Notes: a model not told the origin generated them from the letters alone. A DNA stretch of 63,980 bases, filler included, from Octopus bimaculoides (GCF_001194135.2; 4 parts of 4 records of this genome joined end to end with filler, not necessarily neighbours in it), one strand, 5' to 3'; counted from the first letter of the whole stretch, positions 22,362-35,894 are shown. Numbers and translations: made by a program.

Positions 22362-22500
22362 CTTAGCGGCATTTCGTCGGTCTTTACGTTCTGAGTTCAA
22401 ATTCCGTTGAGGTCAACTTCTAACTTTCATCCTTTCAGGGTCGATGAAATAAATACCAGTTAAGTACGGAAGTGGATGTAATCGACTTATCCCAGCCCCT
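22362..22500 (+). mobile_element. SINE family A fragment
   Basis: CTTAGCGGCATTTCGTC..GAGTTCAAATTCCG..CATCCTTTCAGGGTCGAT..AATCGACTT. Confidence 0.82.
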
Positions 22501-22650
22501 ACTTCCAAGAAAAAAAAAAATAGGCCTATTTTTTACGAACTGAAAAAAATTGCTTCGCATTGAAAAAAAAAAAAAAACAGCGAAAAAAAATTTTAAAGAC
22601 AAAAATTGAATTCAAAACGTTTTGAAATCGCAAAATAAATTACGACGCCA

Positions 22651-22682
<32 letters not shown>

Positions 22683-23630
22683 ATTACATTTTGATATTTG
22701 TGAGATGAATTTATTAGAATAATTAATATAAACATTTTGTAATTATTCATGTTGTTGTTCTCGTGTTTGGTCGTTGTTGTTGTCGATAAGTTATTGCTGG
22801 AGTTGTTTTGTGGTTTCCACGTCATTAATCTTGTCTCCCGTGATTCTATTTTCTATAAAATAATGCGTTCTGTGTTTATATTCTCTCACCATTTTCTTGT
22901 TACGTACGTCCACATATAAGTGTATGATTGCATTATACATATATGTTCTTAGATATATATCTCATTCACACACGTGTGCATGTGTGTGCGTGTATGTGTG
23001 TGCGTATGTGTGCGTATCTATACACACACTTATTCATGTGGCATTTATATATGTATGTTGTATAGTTGTATATAAAAACATCCTTGATGATGGTGATAAA
23101 AACAGACAATAGAAGCAAATAACACACATTTATCCGCATGTATGTATATATATGAATATATATATATATANNNNNNNNNNNNNNNNNNNNNNNNNNNNNN
23201 NNNNNNNNNNNNNNNNNNNNNNNNNNNNNNNNNNNNNNNNNNNNNNNNNNNNNNNNNNNNNNNNNNNNNNNNNNNNNNNNNNNNNNNNNNNNNNNNNNNN
23301 NNNNNNNNNNNNNNNNNNNNNNNNNNNNNNNNNNNNNNNNNNNNNNNNNNNNNNNNNNNNNNNNNNNNNNNNNNNNNNNNNNNNNNNNNNNNNNNNNNNN
23401 NNNNNNNNNNNNNNNNNNNNNNNNNNNNNNNNNNNNNNNNNNNNNNNNNNNNNNNNNNNNNNNNNNNNNNNNNNNNNNNNNNNNNNNNNNNNNNNNNNNN
23501 NNNNNNNNNNNNNNNNNNNNNNNNNNATATATATATATATACAGTATATGTGTATGTACTTACACACACACACACACACACATATGTATGAATAAACATA
23601 TATATACATATATAAACATATGTGTGTGTA

Positions 23631-23665
<35 letters not shown>

Positions 23666-23675
23666 CGTGTCTAGA

Positions 23676-23680
23676 CAGAC

Positions 23681-23715
<35 letters not shown>
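23676..23715. repeat. (GATA)n microsatellite
   Basis: Direct reading; a second array lies at about 53763-53797. Confidence 0.93.
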
Positions 23716-25000
23716 AATTTTAAAAAATAGATGTATATTTCATTCGGATGTTAACCCTGGTGTTCACTCTATTAAACTACTCCATGAGTCCAGGCTATCA
23801 AACACACAATGCCTGAAAATCCACATATATCTGCAGTGATTTTACAATCATAAACAAGAAGAATGGATTGAGCAATTCTTTTTATCACATCAATTTACAA
23901 TTGTTTCATCTAAATTCGCTCTCATGTCATACAATATTATATGCTACCATTTATTGATGAGATGTCATTGACTCGTATCGAAATTCGACTCATCAGAATT
24001 ATGTATAAAAGTTATTTGCAGGAGATACTTGAATTAGCAATAATTTACCCCTATATCGAGCTGGGCGTGTTTACGCCTTTACATTTGCATATTACAAGCA
24101 AGATAAAACAAAACAAACTCTGGTCAAGAAGCAGGATGAATCGAAAAAAGAATGAAAAAAATAAAAGTAGAAAAAAGAATTTTTTTTTTACACCATTCGC
24201 TTGTGAACAGTTTCTATCTCAAAAGGTATTTCATAAGCATGTTCTTTCATAAGTATGTTAACGCTCTACAGATATATATATATATATATATANNNNNNNN
24301 NNNNNNNNNNNNNNNNNNNNNNNNNNNNNNNNNNNNNNNNNNNNNNNNNNNNNNNNNNNNNNNNNNNNNNNNNNNNNNNNNNNNNNNNNNNNNNNNNNNN
24401 NNNNNNNNNNNNNNNNNNNNNNNNNNNNNNNNNNNNNNNNNNNNNNNNNNNNNNNNNNNNNNNNNNNNNNNNNNNNNNNNNNNNNNNNNNNNNNNNNNNN
24501 NNNNNNNNNNNNNNNNNNNNNNNNNNNNNNNNNNNNNNNNNNNNNNNNNNNNNNNNNNNNNNNNNNNNNNNNNNNNNNNNNNNNNNNNNNNNNNNNNNNN
24601 NNNNNNNNNNNNNNNNNNNNNNNNNNNNNNNNNNNNNNNNNNNNNNNNNNNNNNNNNNNNNNNNNNNNNNNNNNNNNNNNNNNNNNNNNNNNNNNNNNNN
24701 NNNNNNNNTATATATATATATATTTCCAAATAGATATTTTCATTGCAGAAACTTTTTTCGCCATCGGTTTTCTAATTCTTCACCTTGTCTTTTTACTCTA
24801 ATCGCTTGATGTTTTTATGACGGCACATTTTCATATTGCTCGCTTACTTCAAAGGTTTAGAGTGCGTTCAGTGGCGATTTTCTACCTTCGTTTCTTACTG
24901 AGTAGCATTTTAACCCGATACTCTAGAATTTGTTGCAATATCTAATCACATATTAACTCTGGGTATCTAAATATCTGTTATTCTTGTTAATACACAAGAT

Positions 25001-25220
25001 AAGGGTAGCGGATTGGTAGAATCGTTTGAGTGTCGGACAAAATGCCATGCAGTATTAGTTCCGCGTCTTTAAGTTTTGAGTTCAAATCCCGTAGAGGTCA
25101 ACTCCCTTTTTCATCCTTTTGGGATCGATAAAATAAAGTCCCAGTCAATTACTGAGGTCGTTAGTATCAACTAACCGAGTTACCTCAAAAATTGTTGGCC
25201 TTGGGTTTAAATTACAAACA
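25001..25220 (+). mobile_element. Diverged SINE family A
   Basis: Head, GAGTTCAAATCCC B-box and central block are recognisable. Confidence 0.72.
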
Positions 25221-25624
25221 ACAACAATGGCAATAATAATAATAATTAAGAGCACGATACAAAACAGATATAATGTGGGGTGGGGGTTTACATACAAATC
25301 AAATGACAAAATAAATAAACACAGGAGTAAGTATATACAGTGTACAATGAAAAGGAAGGGATATATACATAGTATAAAGCTTAAAAAAAAACTGCGTGGA
25401 GATGATGTAGATGTAGTCATCCTGATACAGGATGACCTCTAGGGATAGTGAAGGAACTCCCCACTGTCCAAGATCTCCTTGAACACCAAGGGTAAGTGCT
25501 CCTAATTCTTTTCTCCGACTCACAGGTCTACATTTACACAGGTACCATCCACTCTTGCCATTTTCGCAACTTTCACTCACCTTTCACTAAACTCACTCGA
25601 GGACAGCACTGCACTACTAAAGAC

Positions 25625-25625
<1 letters not shown>

Positions 25626-25687
<62 letters not shown>
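25626..25687. repeat. (AAT)n microsatellite
   Basis: Direct reading. Confidence 0.97.
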
Positions 25688-25688
<1 letters not shown>

Positions 25689-25695
25689 CCCTTCG

Positions 25696-25890
25696 AAATT
25701 TGGCATTGTAACGAGAGATTATTAGACTTTTAAATCGAACCCGTATTTGACTGGGGCTTTATTTTTATCGACCCCGAAAGGATGAAAGACAAAGTTGACC
25801 TCGGCGGTATTTCAATTCAGAACGTAAAGAGCCGGAAGAAATGCCGCTAAACATTTTGTCCGACGCGCTAACAATTCTACTAGCTCACCA
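25696..25890 (-). mobile_element. Diverged SINE family A
   Basis: ATCGACCCCGAAAGGATGAAAGACAAAGTTGACCTCGGCGG..CAGAACGTAAAGA..AAATGCCGCTAA. Confidence 0.82.
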
Positions 25891-27183
25891 TAATATTAGA
25901 AATAATATCTGAGAATAAGAAATGTTGTCATAACGTCCAAACAAATAGTTTGGGAAATGAAGATTGCTGCTTGTGAGACTAGAGATAAAAATAGTTACGA
26001 AAGAATGGAAATATTCTTAGCACATTTGGCAGAAAGTTTGTGACAGGAATCGCAACGGGAACTTTTGGTTTGTCACGCGGAGAAATTAATTGACAAGTGT
26101 TACGTTAAATTGGAATGCTTATCATCATCATCATCATCGTCGACATCATTATCACCACTACTACTACTGCTACTACTAGTATTACCATTACTACTACTAC
26201 CACTACTACTACTACTATTCCTACTACAAGTTAGATGAAAGATCAGTGTTGATCTCCAGATCGACAATCATGTGATATCTGCGAGGCGGCGAAAGAAATT
26301 CAAGACGGCTTCTGTTGTAAATAAGCAAAGATCGGATCAATATATTTAGTGGAAGAATCTCTGGAAAGTGACCTTCCATAGGAATGATGCAAAGAAGAAC
26401 AGATATTGAAGATTGCTAGTTCAGTGTAGAAGTTTTAGCAACAGAATCAAATAAAAATTCAATGGATCTCAGTCGGTTTCGACAACGAATATTCAATTGT
26501 TCGAAGATATGAATTGCCTCCTCCTTGAATTAACCTGTCAGCGGTTGTGTATTCCGCAGACATGTGTACCTTTAACGTAAGGATGAACCGGTTTGAATTA
26601 CAGGTACAATCCATCTGACGGGCTTCCTTACAGTTTCCACCAACCAAAATGGTTTTGGGTGGATTTCTGGTTGAAGTAAAAAAAAAACTGACCTTTACTG
26701 GTCCAAGATGTCGCAGAGAGGATAAAACCTGCAACCAATAGATTTCAGAATGAACTTGTTAATCCGACGGGCTTCCTCACAGTTTCCGCTAACCAAAATG
26801 GTTTTGGGTGGATTTCTGGTTAATAACCTGCAACCAATAGATTTCAAAATGAACTTGTTAATCACACATCGGTGCCTACGTTCACAAAGTGAAACCTAAT
26901 TTCAATAATCCTTTCTGTATTTCTTAAGGGCAAGTCTTTCAATTCTATTTCTACAACTGAACAGTTCGTGGAACTCTCACTCACAAAGAAATCGTCAGGA
27001 GAAACTTATTAGTTATGCTGTATTTAACAAAATGTTATTTGTCAGCATAAATATATACACACACCATCACAGACACTCACACATCCACACACACAAGCAT
27101 ACTCAGAGACACTCAGACACAGACAGCTATACACACATGAACACGTACTCACAAAACAATCACACACGCACCCATCGACTTAA

Positions 27184-27220
<37 letters not shown>

Positions 27221-27767
27221 NNNNNNNNNNNNNNNNNNNNNNNNNNNNNNNNNNNNNNNNNNNNNNNNNNNNNNNNNNNNNNNNNNNNNNNNNNNNNNNN
27301 NNNNNNNNNNNNNNNNNNNNNNNNNNNNNNNNNNNNNNNNNNNNNNNNNNNNNNNNNNNNNNNNNNNNNNNNNNNNNNNNNNNNNNNNNNNNNNNNNNNN
27401 NNNNNNNNNNNNNNNNNNNNNNNNNNNNNNNNNNNNNNNNNNNNNNNNNNNNNNNNNNNNNNNNNNNNNNNNNNNNNNNNNNNNNNNNNNNNNNNNNNNN
27501 NNNNNNNNNNNNNNNNNNNNNNNNNNNNNNNNNNNNNNNNNNNNNNNNNNNNNNNNNNNNNNNNNNNNNNNNNNNNNNNNNNNNNNNNNNNNNNNNNNNN
27601 NNNNNNNNNNNNNNNNNNNNNNNNNNNNNNNNNNNNNNNNNNNNNNNNNNNNNNNNNNNNNNNNNNNNNNNNNNNNNNNNNNNNNNNNNNNNNNNNNNNN
27701 NNNNNNNNNNNNNNNNNNNNNNNNNNNNNNNNNNNNNNNNNNNNNNNNNNNNNNNNNNNNNNNNNNN

Positions 27768-27823
<56 letters not shown>

Positions 27824-28320
27824 GTGTGTGTGTGTACGTTCGTGATTGAATGTACGCGTTTGTATGTGTCCGTTGTGTTGTATGTGTGTTTATGTGTATG
27901 TATATGTTTGTATGCGTGTGTTTGTATGTGAGTCTTTATATGTGTGTGTGTTTTATGTGTGTATGTGTTTGTATGTGTATGTTTGTATGTGTACGTTCGT
28001 ATATGTGTGTGTTTGTATGTGTGTGAGTGAGTATGTNNNNNNNNNNTGTACGTTCGTATATGTGTGTGTTTGTATGTGTGTGAGTGAGTATGTGTGTGAG
28101 TGCTTGTGTGTGTTTGTATGCGTGTGTTTGTATGCGTGTGCTTGTCTGTGTGTGCTTGTATGTGTGTGATTTTGTATATGTATGTTTGTATGACTGTATT
28201 AAAATGTGTATGAGTTTCTATGTGTGTGTTTGTGTGTGCGTATATGTTTGTATGTGCGTATTTGTATGTTTATGTGTATGTTTGTATTGACGTGTTTGTA
28301 TGTGTCTTCGTATGTGTACG
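27768..28320. repeat. Degenerate (TG)n/(TGTA)n low-complexity tract
   Basis: Direct reading. Confidence 0.9.
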
Positions 28321-28851
28321 TTTATATGCATGGCAGAGGCGATGGGAGCATCACTCGGAAACTGTGTACGTGGGTGGCAAAAAAAAAAAATCCTTCTCAC
28401 GGCCTGTACGTACTTCCACTCCTGTAGTAGGAGACTATGTTGTGAAGTGCAAACACAGACACCATCTCACCCTACTCCGAACCCTTTACACAACAGGTCC
28501 TCAAAGACGTGAGAACAGAAGGGAGAGACGGCTGCATCTATCTATTCCGTAAATGGAAACAGAGTTCGTTAATAGCCGATCTTTTGCCTACTTGTCGTAA
28601 CACGATGACAAACGCTGCAACTGCGGGTTCGCAGATGCTTATTAGCCATAAGGCTGCGTTATTTACAGCTAAGCCCTTTTTCCTTATATAATCTAGGATC
28701 CGTTCTCTTGTCCACTAAATTCCAACAATGGATTTTCATCTGATTTTCGAACGACTCTACCTCTTTGCCTCTACTGGGTCTCACCACCGCCATCTTAAAC
28801 TCCACATCAATTAGACGTTTACCATCTCTAGCCAGCCACCCCCAACAAACA

Positions 28852-28887
28852 TCTCTCTCTCTCTCTTTCTATCTCTCTCTTTCTCTC

Positions 28888-28949
<62 letters not shown>

Positions 28950-28975
28950 TCTCTTTCTCTTTCTCTCTCTTTCTC
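28852..28975. repeat. (CT)n microsatellite
   Basis: Direct reading. Confidence 0.95.
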
Positions 28976-30204
28976 TAACATTTTGTCATCTTCTATCGCA
29001 CTCCCATCCTCTCAACTAACCTCGGAAACTCTTCTTTACCACAATTTTCCCCCTATCGACGTCAATTTAGAGAGGTCCATGATGAATATCCCTACATCCT
29101 GGCCCTTGGGTGGGAACAATGTTATTGTTTAGTCCAAGCTCTAAGTTGATCGAGCAGGATTACAATCAAAGGCATCCGAGCAGTGACCTTTCTATCTCTT
29201 TCCTTTGTGCTGAGAATCCATCGTATTTGAGAAAAAATTGGATGCTATTTCTAAAGAACTTCACGACCACTTAGAAGCTATTTCGCTGTTTTGTGGCATT
29301 TGAGTTAACACAGTTCACTCTGTTGTCATCATTCGAACCCGCTCTCCATTTCTCCCTCTCTTCCCCCACCCGACCGTCTCAGAGACTCTGTAAAAAAAGA
29401 CGTGGGTGTGATTTTCTTCATCAAAATCTTCAATGTTATCAGTTTCATTAGTCCCTGTGGAGTTGGGATGAGAGGTGCTTATATTTTGGGCAATGCCTCT
29501 TCCTCTCGACACCACTCCCCCAATTGCCTAAACCATAACATTTAAAAAATAATTTATGGACATTAGATAACGCAAGTTTGCAAATCCCCACCACCACCAC
29601 CCACCCTAATCCTCGGTGTCGATGTCTAAAATTATCACATTTAAAGGTGAAACCAGAATATATTCGGTTATGCAAGCATAATGGTTAACATCGTTTGCAT
29701 TTCAAAGACCTTTTTATACCTAAAATATCCATTAATTCATTACCCCAAGGATTCCAGAAAAACTTCATTGAATAGACTATTGTGTTTGTTCCCAGAGAAA
29801 ATTCTTCCATCGTTTAATTCGAACTCGCTTAAATTTTAAAATTATTTACTAATTTTATATTCGATGGATTATTAATAATAAACGCTCATATATTACCATA
29901 TTAAATGCTTGTTATATTCTAATATAATGACTGAGCTGTAGTTTAGAATAATTAATTTCTTTTCTAATACAGTCTATAGAGTATTTCATCACTTTAAAAC
30001 CCCACCACTCCTTTCCAACTATTTCTTCTCTTCCTACTTCCGTTATTACAGTCTCTGATATTCTGAACTCGCAGGCCGTATCTCACCTCCACACAACTTC
30101 ACCTGATGCATCGCTTTTTCTCTTCATTCTTCTTATCACTTCTCTCCCATATTACGTTATATTACGTTATGTTATTATCTAAAATTAATATTATGTAACA
30201 TTAT

Positions 30205-30372
30205 AAGGCGGTGAGCTGGAAGAATTGTTAGTTCAGCGGGCAAAACGCTTAGCGGCATTTCGACCGTCTTTACGTTCTGAGTTCAAATTCCGCCGAGGAA
30301 CACTAGGGTCGATGTAATCGACTTAAGCCCTCCCTTGATATTGCTGGCCTTGAGCCAAAATTTGAAGCCATT
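30205..30372 (+). mobile_element. SINE family A with internal deletion
   Basis: Head and B-box join directly to CACTAGGGTCGATGTAATCGACTT; the central block is missing. Confidence 0.85.
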
Positions 30373-30386
30373 ATATTATATTATAA

Positions 30387-30603
30387 AAGCGGTGAGCTGG
30401 CAGAATGGTTAGCACAGCTGATAAAATGCTTAGCGGCATTTCGCCCATCTGTACGTTCTGAGTTCAAACTCCGTCAGGATCGACTTTGCATTTCATCCCG
30501 CCGGAGTCGATAAAATAAGTACCAATCGAACACTGGTGTTGATATAATCGACTTACCTCCTCCACCGATATTGCTGGCATTGTGTCAAGATTTGAAACCA
30601 ATA
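30387..30603 (+). mobile_element. SINE family A, tail type iii
   Basis: Full length; tail ATATTGCTGGCATTGTGTCAAGATTTGAAACC. Confidence 0.88.
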
Positions 30604-30635
30604 TTATATAACACTACATAACATTATATTATATC

Positions 30636-30780
30636 CTACATTACATTATGCTATATTATACTATATTATATTATATTATATTATATTATATTATGTTATA
30701 TTATGTTATATTATATTATATTACATTATATTATATTATATTGTATTATATTAAATTATATTATACTATATTATATTACT
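30636..30780. repeat. (TATTA)n pentanucleotide array
   Basis: Direct reading. Confidence 0.93.
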
Positions 30781-31853
30781 CATCGACACCTAAACACTTT
30801 CACTCTCACATTGTTCTAACTGCATTGATCTCTGTGATACTATTAATTCAAAGACATATTAGAGTGCTCCAGCATGACATTCACCGTGATGGCCAAAAGA
30901 AACTAAATAGGGACTAAAGTCCCATGGAACAGGTTTGGGGAAGGAAATCATTTTGAAACTAAGTATCACCAGGGATAAGTTCTTTGTACCACAACCTCGA
31001 GTTGACTAACACGTGTTGAGTAAAATTTGAGAAACAGTAGAAAACCGTTAATGTATGTGTGCGTACGTGTGTGCGCATGCGTACGTGTGTGCGCATGCAT
31101 GCGTGCGTTGTCTGAGCGTGTGTATGTACGTGTATGTGTTTTTAAAGTATAGTCATGCACACAGGCATTCACATTTGGAACCGATTTACGANNNNNNNNN
31201 NATATATATATATATATATATATACATATATTCATACATCCATAAATATATATATACGTGTGTGTTGGAGTAGGGTGTGTATGTATACGTAAATATATAT
31301 ACATCATTAAAAGGTGTTTGGAGCTGCATAATTTAATAAAGATATCGACGAACTGGATAGACCAAAATACCAAATTTGATATATTTTATTTCAAATTATA
31401 TGACTCGAAACTTTTTTTATTAATTAGTTAATCTGCATATTATACAAAGTGATGTGTGTGTGAGAGAGAAAGAGAGAGAGTGTGTGTGTGTGCGTGTGTG
31501 TGTGCGCGCGCTTGTGTATGCCTGCACGTGCATATATTATGTATGTGCATATATACATTATATACATACACATATTATATATACACACATGCATAAATAC
31601 ATACGTACGTACATACATACACAAACAATTTGAGCGAAGTCAAATGACAGGAGAAGATACTAAGAGCCCTCGCATGACACCAGATGGTCCCTGTTGGCCT
31701 TTGAGAGGCTCTGATGGAACCTGATGGCATGCATTGATATCTGATAATACCGTGTGATATTTTATGATACTAGATTACACCAGATGACCGTCTATGTATG
31801 TTTATTATTATTTTTATCACTACCACCACCGACGTCATCAGTTCTGCTACTAC

Positions 31854-31919
<66 letters not shown>

Positions 31920-31920
<1 letters not shown>

Positions 31921-31972
31921 GCCCTGATGCAGTACCAGACAGTGGCTCTCTTGGCTTCTGATCGTAACTGAG
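31920..31972 (+). mobile_element. Family B element 5' fragment on an (AAT)n array
   Basis: TGCCCTGATGCAGTACCAGACAGTGGCTCTCTTGGCTTCTGATCGTAACTGA matches the reverse complements of the ends of 96-598 and 9637-10180. It directly follows (AAT)n at 31854-31918. Confidence 0.8.
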
Positions 31973-32024
31973 TTTGTCTAGAACCGGCATAGCCACCATA
32001 CCCAGTAGCCCTGCAAGGTCAGGG

Positions 32025-32084
<60 letters not shown>

Positions 32085-32085
32085 C

Positions 32086-32304
32086 CTTTTTATTATAGAC
32101 ACAAGGCTTGAGATTTGGGGGTAGGCGACTAGTCGATTACATCGACTCGCCCCAGTGCTCAACAGGTACTTAATTTATCGACCCCAAAAGGATGAAAGGT
32201 AAAGTTGACTTCGGCGGAATTTGAACTCATAACTCAAAGACGGACGAAATGCCGCTAAGCATGTTATTCAACGTTGCTAACAATTCTGCCAGCTCTCTGC
32301 TTTT
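32086..32304 (-). mobile_element. SINE family A between (AAT)n and (TTA)n arrays
   Basis: Full-length reverse copy. Confidence 0.88.
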
Positions 32305-32317
32305 AATAATAATAATA

Positions 32318-32377
<60 letters not shown>

Positions 32378-32770
32378 TACTTTTAATCTGCATGTATGTG
32401 ACAATCACTTGCCGAGACATACCCATCGTCCTAAGGCGAGCGAAGGATAAGAGAAGTTACATTAGAACTGAAAGCTTGGGGAAGGGAAGGGGTAGGGGCA
32501 GGGACAGTAGCGAAGTATCTTCATGTAATACAAGACATACATTTGAATTGGTAGGGTTTTCTAAGGATATGGACATTACTTGTCAGCACAATCATTTGGA
32601 TTTCTCTGGGACATGGTTCTCCTGAGATATTGTCTAGATGTTTTTGGCACCCCTTTCTTATCACGCCTAGGGAACCTACAATAACGGGAACAGTTCTCGC
32701 TTTAAGATGCTACATCTTTCGTATTTCAATTTCCAGGCCCTTATATTTACTTGATTTGTCAAATTCCTTG
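32378..32770 (-). mobile_element. R4/Dong-clade LINE 3' end, subfamily 3
   Basis: Minus translation EFDKSSKYKGLEIEIRKM*HLKARTVPVIVGSLGVIRKGCQKHLDNISGEPCPREIQMIVLTSNVHILRK, then a 3' UTR and the TAA array (about 32318-32377 on + as TTA). Confidence 0.87.
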
Positions 32771-33627
32771 TTTACACGAACGTTTTCTTTCCGGACAAAA
32801 CCCTTTGTACTTTTCGTCCTGTCTTTGTCCTTACATGTTTTAAATTTTTATTAGCCCTTGTGGTCAATAAAACAAGAATTAATTATTATTATGGTGTTGT
32901 TGTTGTTGCTGCTGCTGGTATTTAAGAAAATACCGACAAAAATTATGACAGACATTCATTTCCGTTTCTCAACTTTCTGGATTCAAATAGCGTTAAAATC
33001 CAACTCTGGTTGTTTCTCATTTGGTATCGATAAAATTCGTACCAATCATTTTTCTGAATTCGATTGAACCTTAATTCTCCCTTTCATCCACAGATCGGTG
33101 GCCTTTCACTTACTTCTTTTCCTCATCACGATGATCCACATACCCTTGTATGTTAATTCTACTTACCGCTAAACATATGAGAGACAAAAGCTCGCCTGGA
33201 TAGGACACATTTCTACAAAATGAAAAGAGTTGAATTTCAGCTCTGAAAGTATACAAATATCACACTATAATAACAGCATTAGCTTGAAACTAGAAAATAT
33301 CCAGACACTACAGTAATCATTCGCATTGAGGGAGAATAAGCCAGACCTGCTTCAGAGCTAACTCCCGCTACGACCAGTTTCCTTTTGATCCACCCGAATC
33401 TGCTTTGATCGAAATTCTAAACTAAGTTCTCCCCCATGTCTATCCAACGCCGAATTTTGTTGTAACCTAAATGCATCTCAGAAAGGAGTTCCTTGAAGAT
33501 TTTTATCAACTTTAATCTGAAGAAAATCTGTCATGTTGCGCGATGACGTCTTTCATGTCAGGAAATGATAAATAATGCCTGCCTCCTATCTCACTTGTAT
33601 GTGGCATGTGGACATGGCATGCATGTA

Positions 33628-33637
33628 CACACACATA

Positions 33638-33674
<37 letters not shown>

Positions 33675-33794
33675 ACACACACACGCACACACACACATAC
33701 ACACACACACATACACACACACACACATATGGACATAAGCAGAAATATATCTATCTACATACATGTATATATGCTCATATATACATACATGCAT

Positions 33795-33890
<96 letters not shown>
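33628..33890. repeat. Compound (CA)n-(TA)n microsatellite
   Basis: Direct reading. Confidence 0.95.
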
Positions 33891-33891
<1 letters not shown>

Positions 33892-34231
33892 CATACATGC
33901 ATGAGAATATATATATATATATATTTGTAGTGTAATATATGGACTCATAGAATCACGTGGCTTTCACAGAAACCTCCTCAAACGGACGTAGCCAACACGC
34001 AACATAGTGATCCAATACATGAATATATGCATAAATGTATCAATTTCTATACATATACTTATGTGTATATATGTATATATGCAGGAGTGAATATGTATCT
34101 ATGTTTTTGTATGTGTGTGGCTGCCGTGTGTAAATGTGTATGTGTGTGTACGTTTGCGTGAGCACACGTATGTACACATACACACATACATAGATGCATA
34201 CATATATACATATACATACATATACATACAG

Positions 34232-34278
<47 letters not shown>

Positions 34279-35272
34279 NNNNNNNNNNNNNNNNNNNNNN
34301 NNNNNNNNNNNNNNNNNNNNNNNNNNNNNNNNNNNNNNNNNNNNNNNNNNNNNNNNNNNNNNNNNNNNNNNNNNNNNNNNNNNNNNNNNNNNNNNNNNNN
34401 NNNNNNNNNNNNNNNNNNNNNNNNNNNNNNNNNNNNNNNNNNNNNNNNNNNNNNNNNNNNNNNNNNNNNNNNNNNNNNNNNNNNNNNNNNNNNNNNNNNN
34501 NNNNNNNNNNNNNNNNNNNNNNNNNNNNNNNNNNNNNNNNNNNNNNNNNNNNNNNNNNNNNNNNNNNNNNNNNNNNNNNNNNNNNNNNNNNNNNNNNNNN
34601 NNNNNNNNNNNNNNNNNNNNNNNNNNNNNNNNNNNNNNNNNNNNNNNNNNNNNNNNNNNNNNNNNNNNNNNNNNNNNNNNNNNNNNNNNNNNNNNNNNNN
34701 NNNNNNNNNNNNNNNNNNNNNNNNNNNNNNNNNNNNNNNNNNNNNNNNNNNNNNNNNNNNNNNNNNNNNNNNNNNNNNNNNNNNNNNNNNNNNNNNNNNN
34801 NNNNNNNNNNNNNNNNNNNNNNNNNNNNNNNNNNNNNNNNNNNNNNNNNNNNNNNNNNNNNNNNNNNNNNNNNNNNNNNNNNNNNNNNNNNNNNNNNNNN
34901 NNNNNNNNNNNNNNNNNNNNNNNNNNNNNNNNNNNNNNNNNNNNNNNNNNNNNNNNNNNNNNNNNNNNNNNNNNNNNNNNNNNNNNNNNNNNNNNNNNNN
35001 NNNNNNNNNNNNNNNNNNNNNNNNNNNNNNNNNNNNNNNNNNNNNNNNNNNNNNNNNNNNNNNNNNNNNNNNNNNNNNNNNNNNNNNNNNNNNNNNNNNN
35101 NNNNNNNNNNNNNNNNNNNNNNNNNNNNNNNNNNNNNNNNNNNNNNNNNNNNNNNNNNNNNNNNNNNNNNNNNNNNNNNNNNNNNNNNNNNNNNNNNNNN
35201 NNNNNNNNNNNNNNNNNNNNNNNNNNNNNNNNNNNNNNNNNNNNNNNNNNNNNNNNNNNNNNNNNNNNNNNN

Positions 35273-35313
<41 letters not shown>

Positions 35314-35584
35314 GTATGTATATATATATTTGTAGTGTAATATATGACCTCATAGAATTGTGTGGCTTTCACAGAAAGCTCCTCTAACGGAAGTGGCTAA
35401 CACGCAACATAGTGATCCAATACAAAGGAGTATAGTACGTAGTTCCATGCAGCTGAAATCCGGGACATAAGATTGATGAAATTATTTCAAGAGGAGTATA
35501 TAAATCATAAGAGATTAATCGTTGTTGTAGCCATGACATTCTGGTGATCTGATGAGCTGGCTTTCTTTATTTGCATTGATATAT

Positions 35585-35666
35585 GAATATATAATCGTAT
35601 TATAATCGTATATATAATCGTATATATAATCGTATATATAATCGATATATGAATATATAATCGTAT
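35585..35666. repeat. ~12-bp minisatellite (ATATAATCGTAT)n
   Basis: About 6 imperfect units. Confidence 0.85.
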
Positions 35667-35894
35667 TGCATGCTTATTAATACAGACATATGAATATAGT
35701 TTATTATACACTGAAGTTATTATCCCATGAAGAAAGCTGCGAAACGGCTGTAATCTTATGTGGTTAAATAAATATATTCACCTCTAATATCTCTTGACAT
35801 TTTATAGTATATATATATGGATAATAAAACGAATGGTTTACACCTGGTAGCTTACTGATAAAGCACTGTCACTTTCAGAGTGATCGTTAGGTAA

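Noticed and set aside
25431-25497. Strong donor AAGG|GTAAGT with upstream AG acceptors (candidate exon)
   Set aside because: With the best acceptor (25430) all three frames contain stops. An alternative 49-nt exon has no supporting homology.
27991-28092. Exact ~46-bp repeat either side of a 10-N gap
   Set aside because: Overlap artefact at a placeholder gap.
29315-29515. Minus-strand 66-aa ORF with an acidic stretch (DNIEDFDEEN)
   Set aside because: No recognisable family, no convincing splice donor and a non-ATG start.
32960-33110. Additional SINE family A copy
   Set aside because: Only scattered short matches (GGATTCAAAT, TCGATAAAATTCGTACCA); too decayed to support a call.
35711-35756. 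CTGAAGT ... GAAACGGCTGTA hammerhead-like fragments (similar weak cases near 37990-38015 and 38095-38135)
   Set aside because: Core mismatched and no convincing helix I or II pairing.
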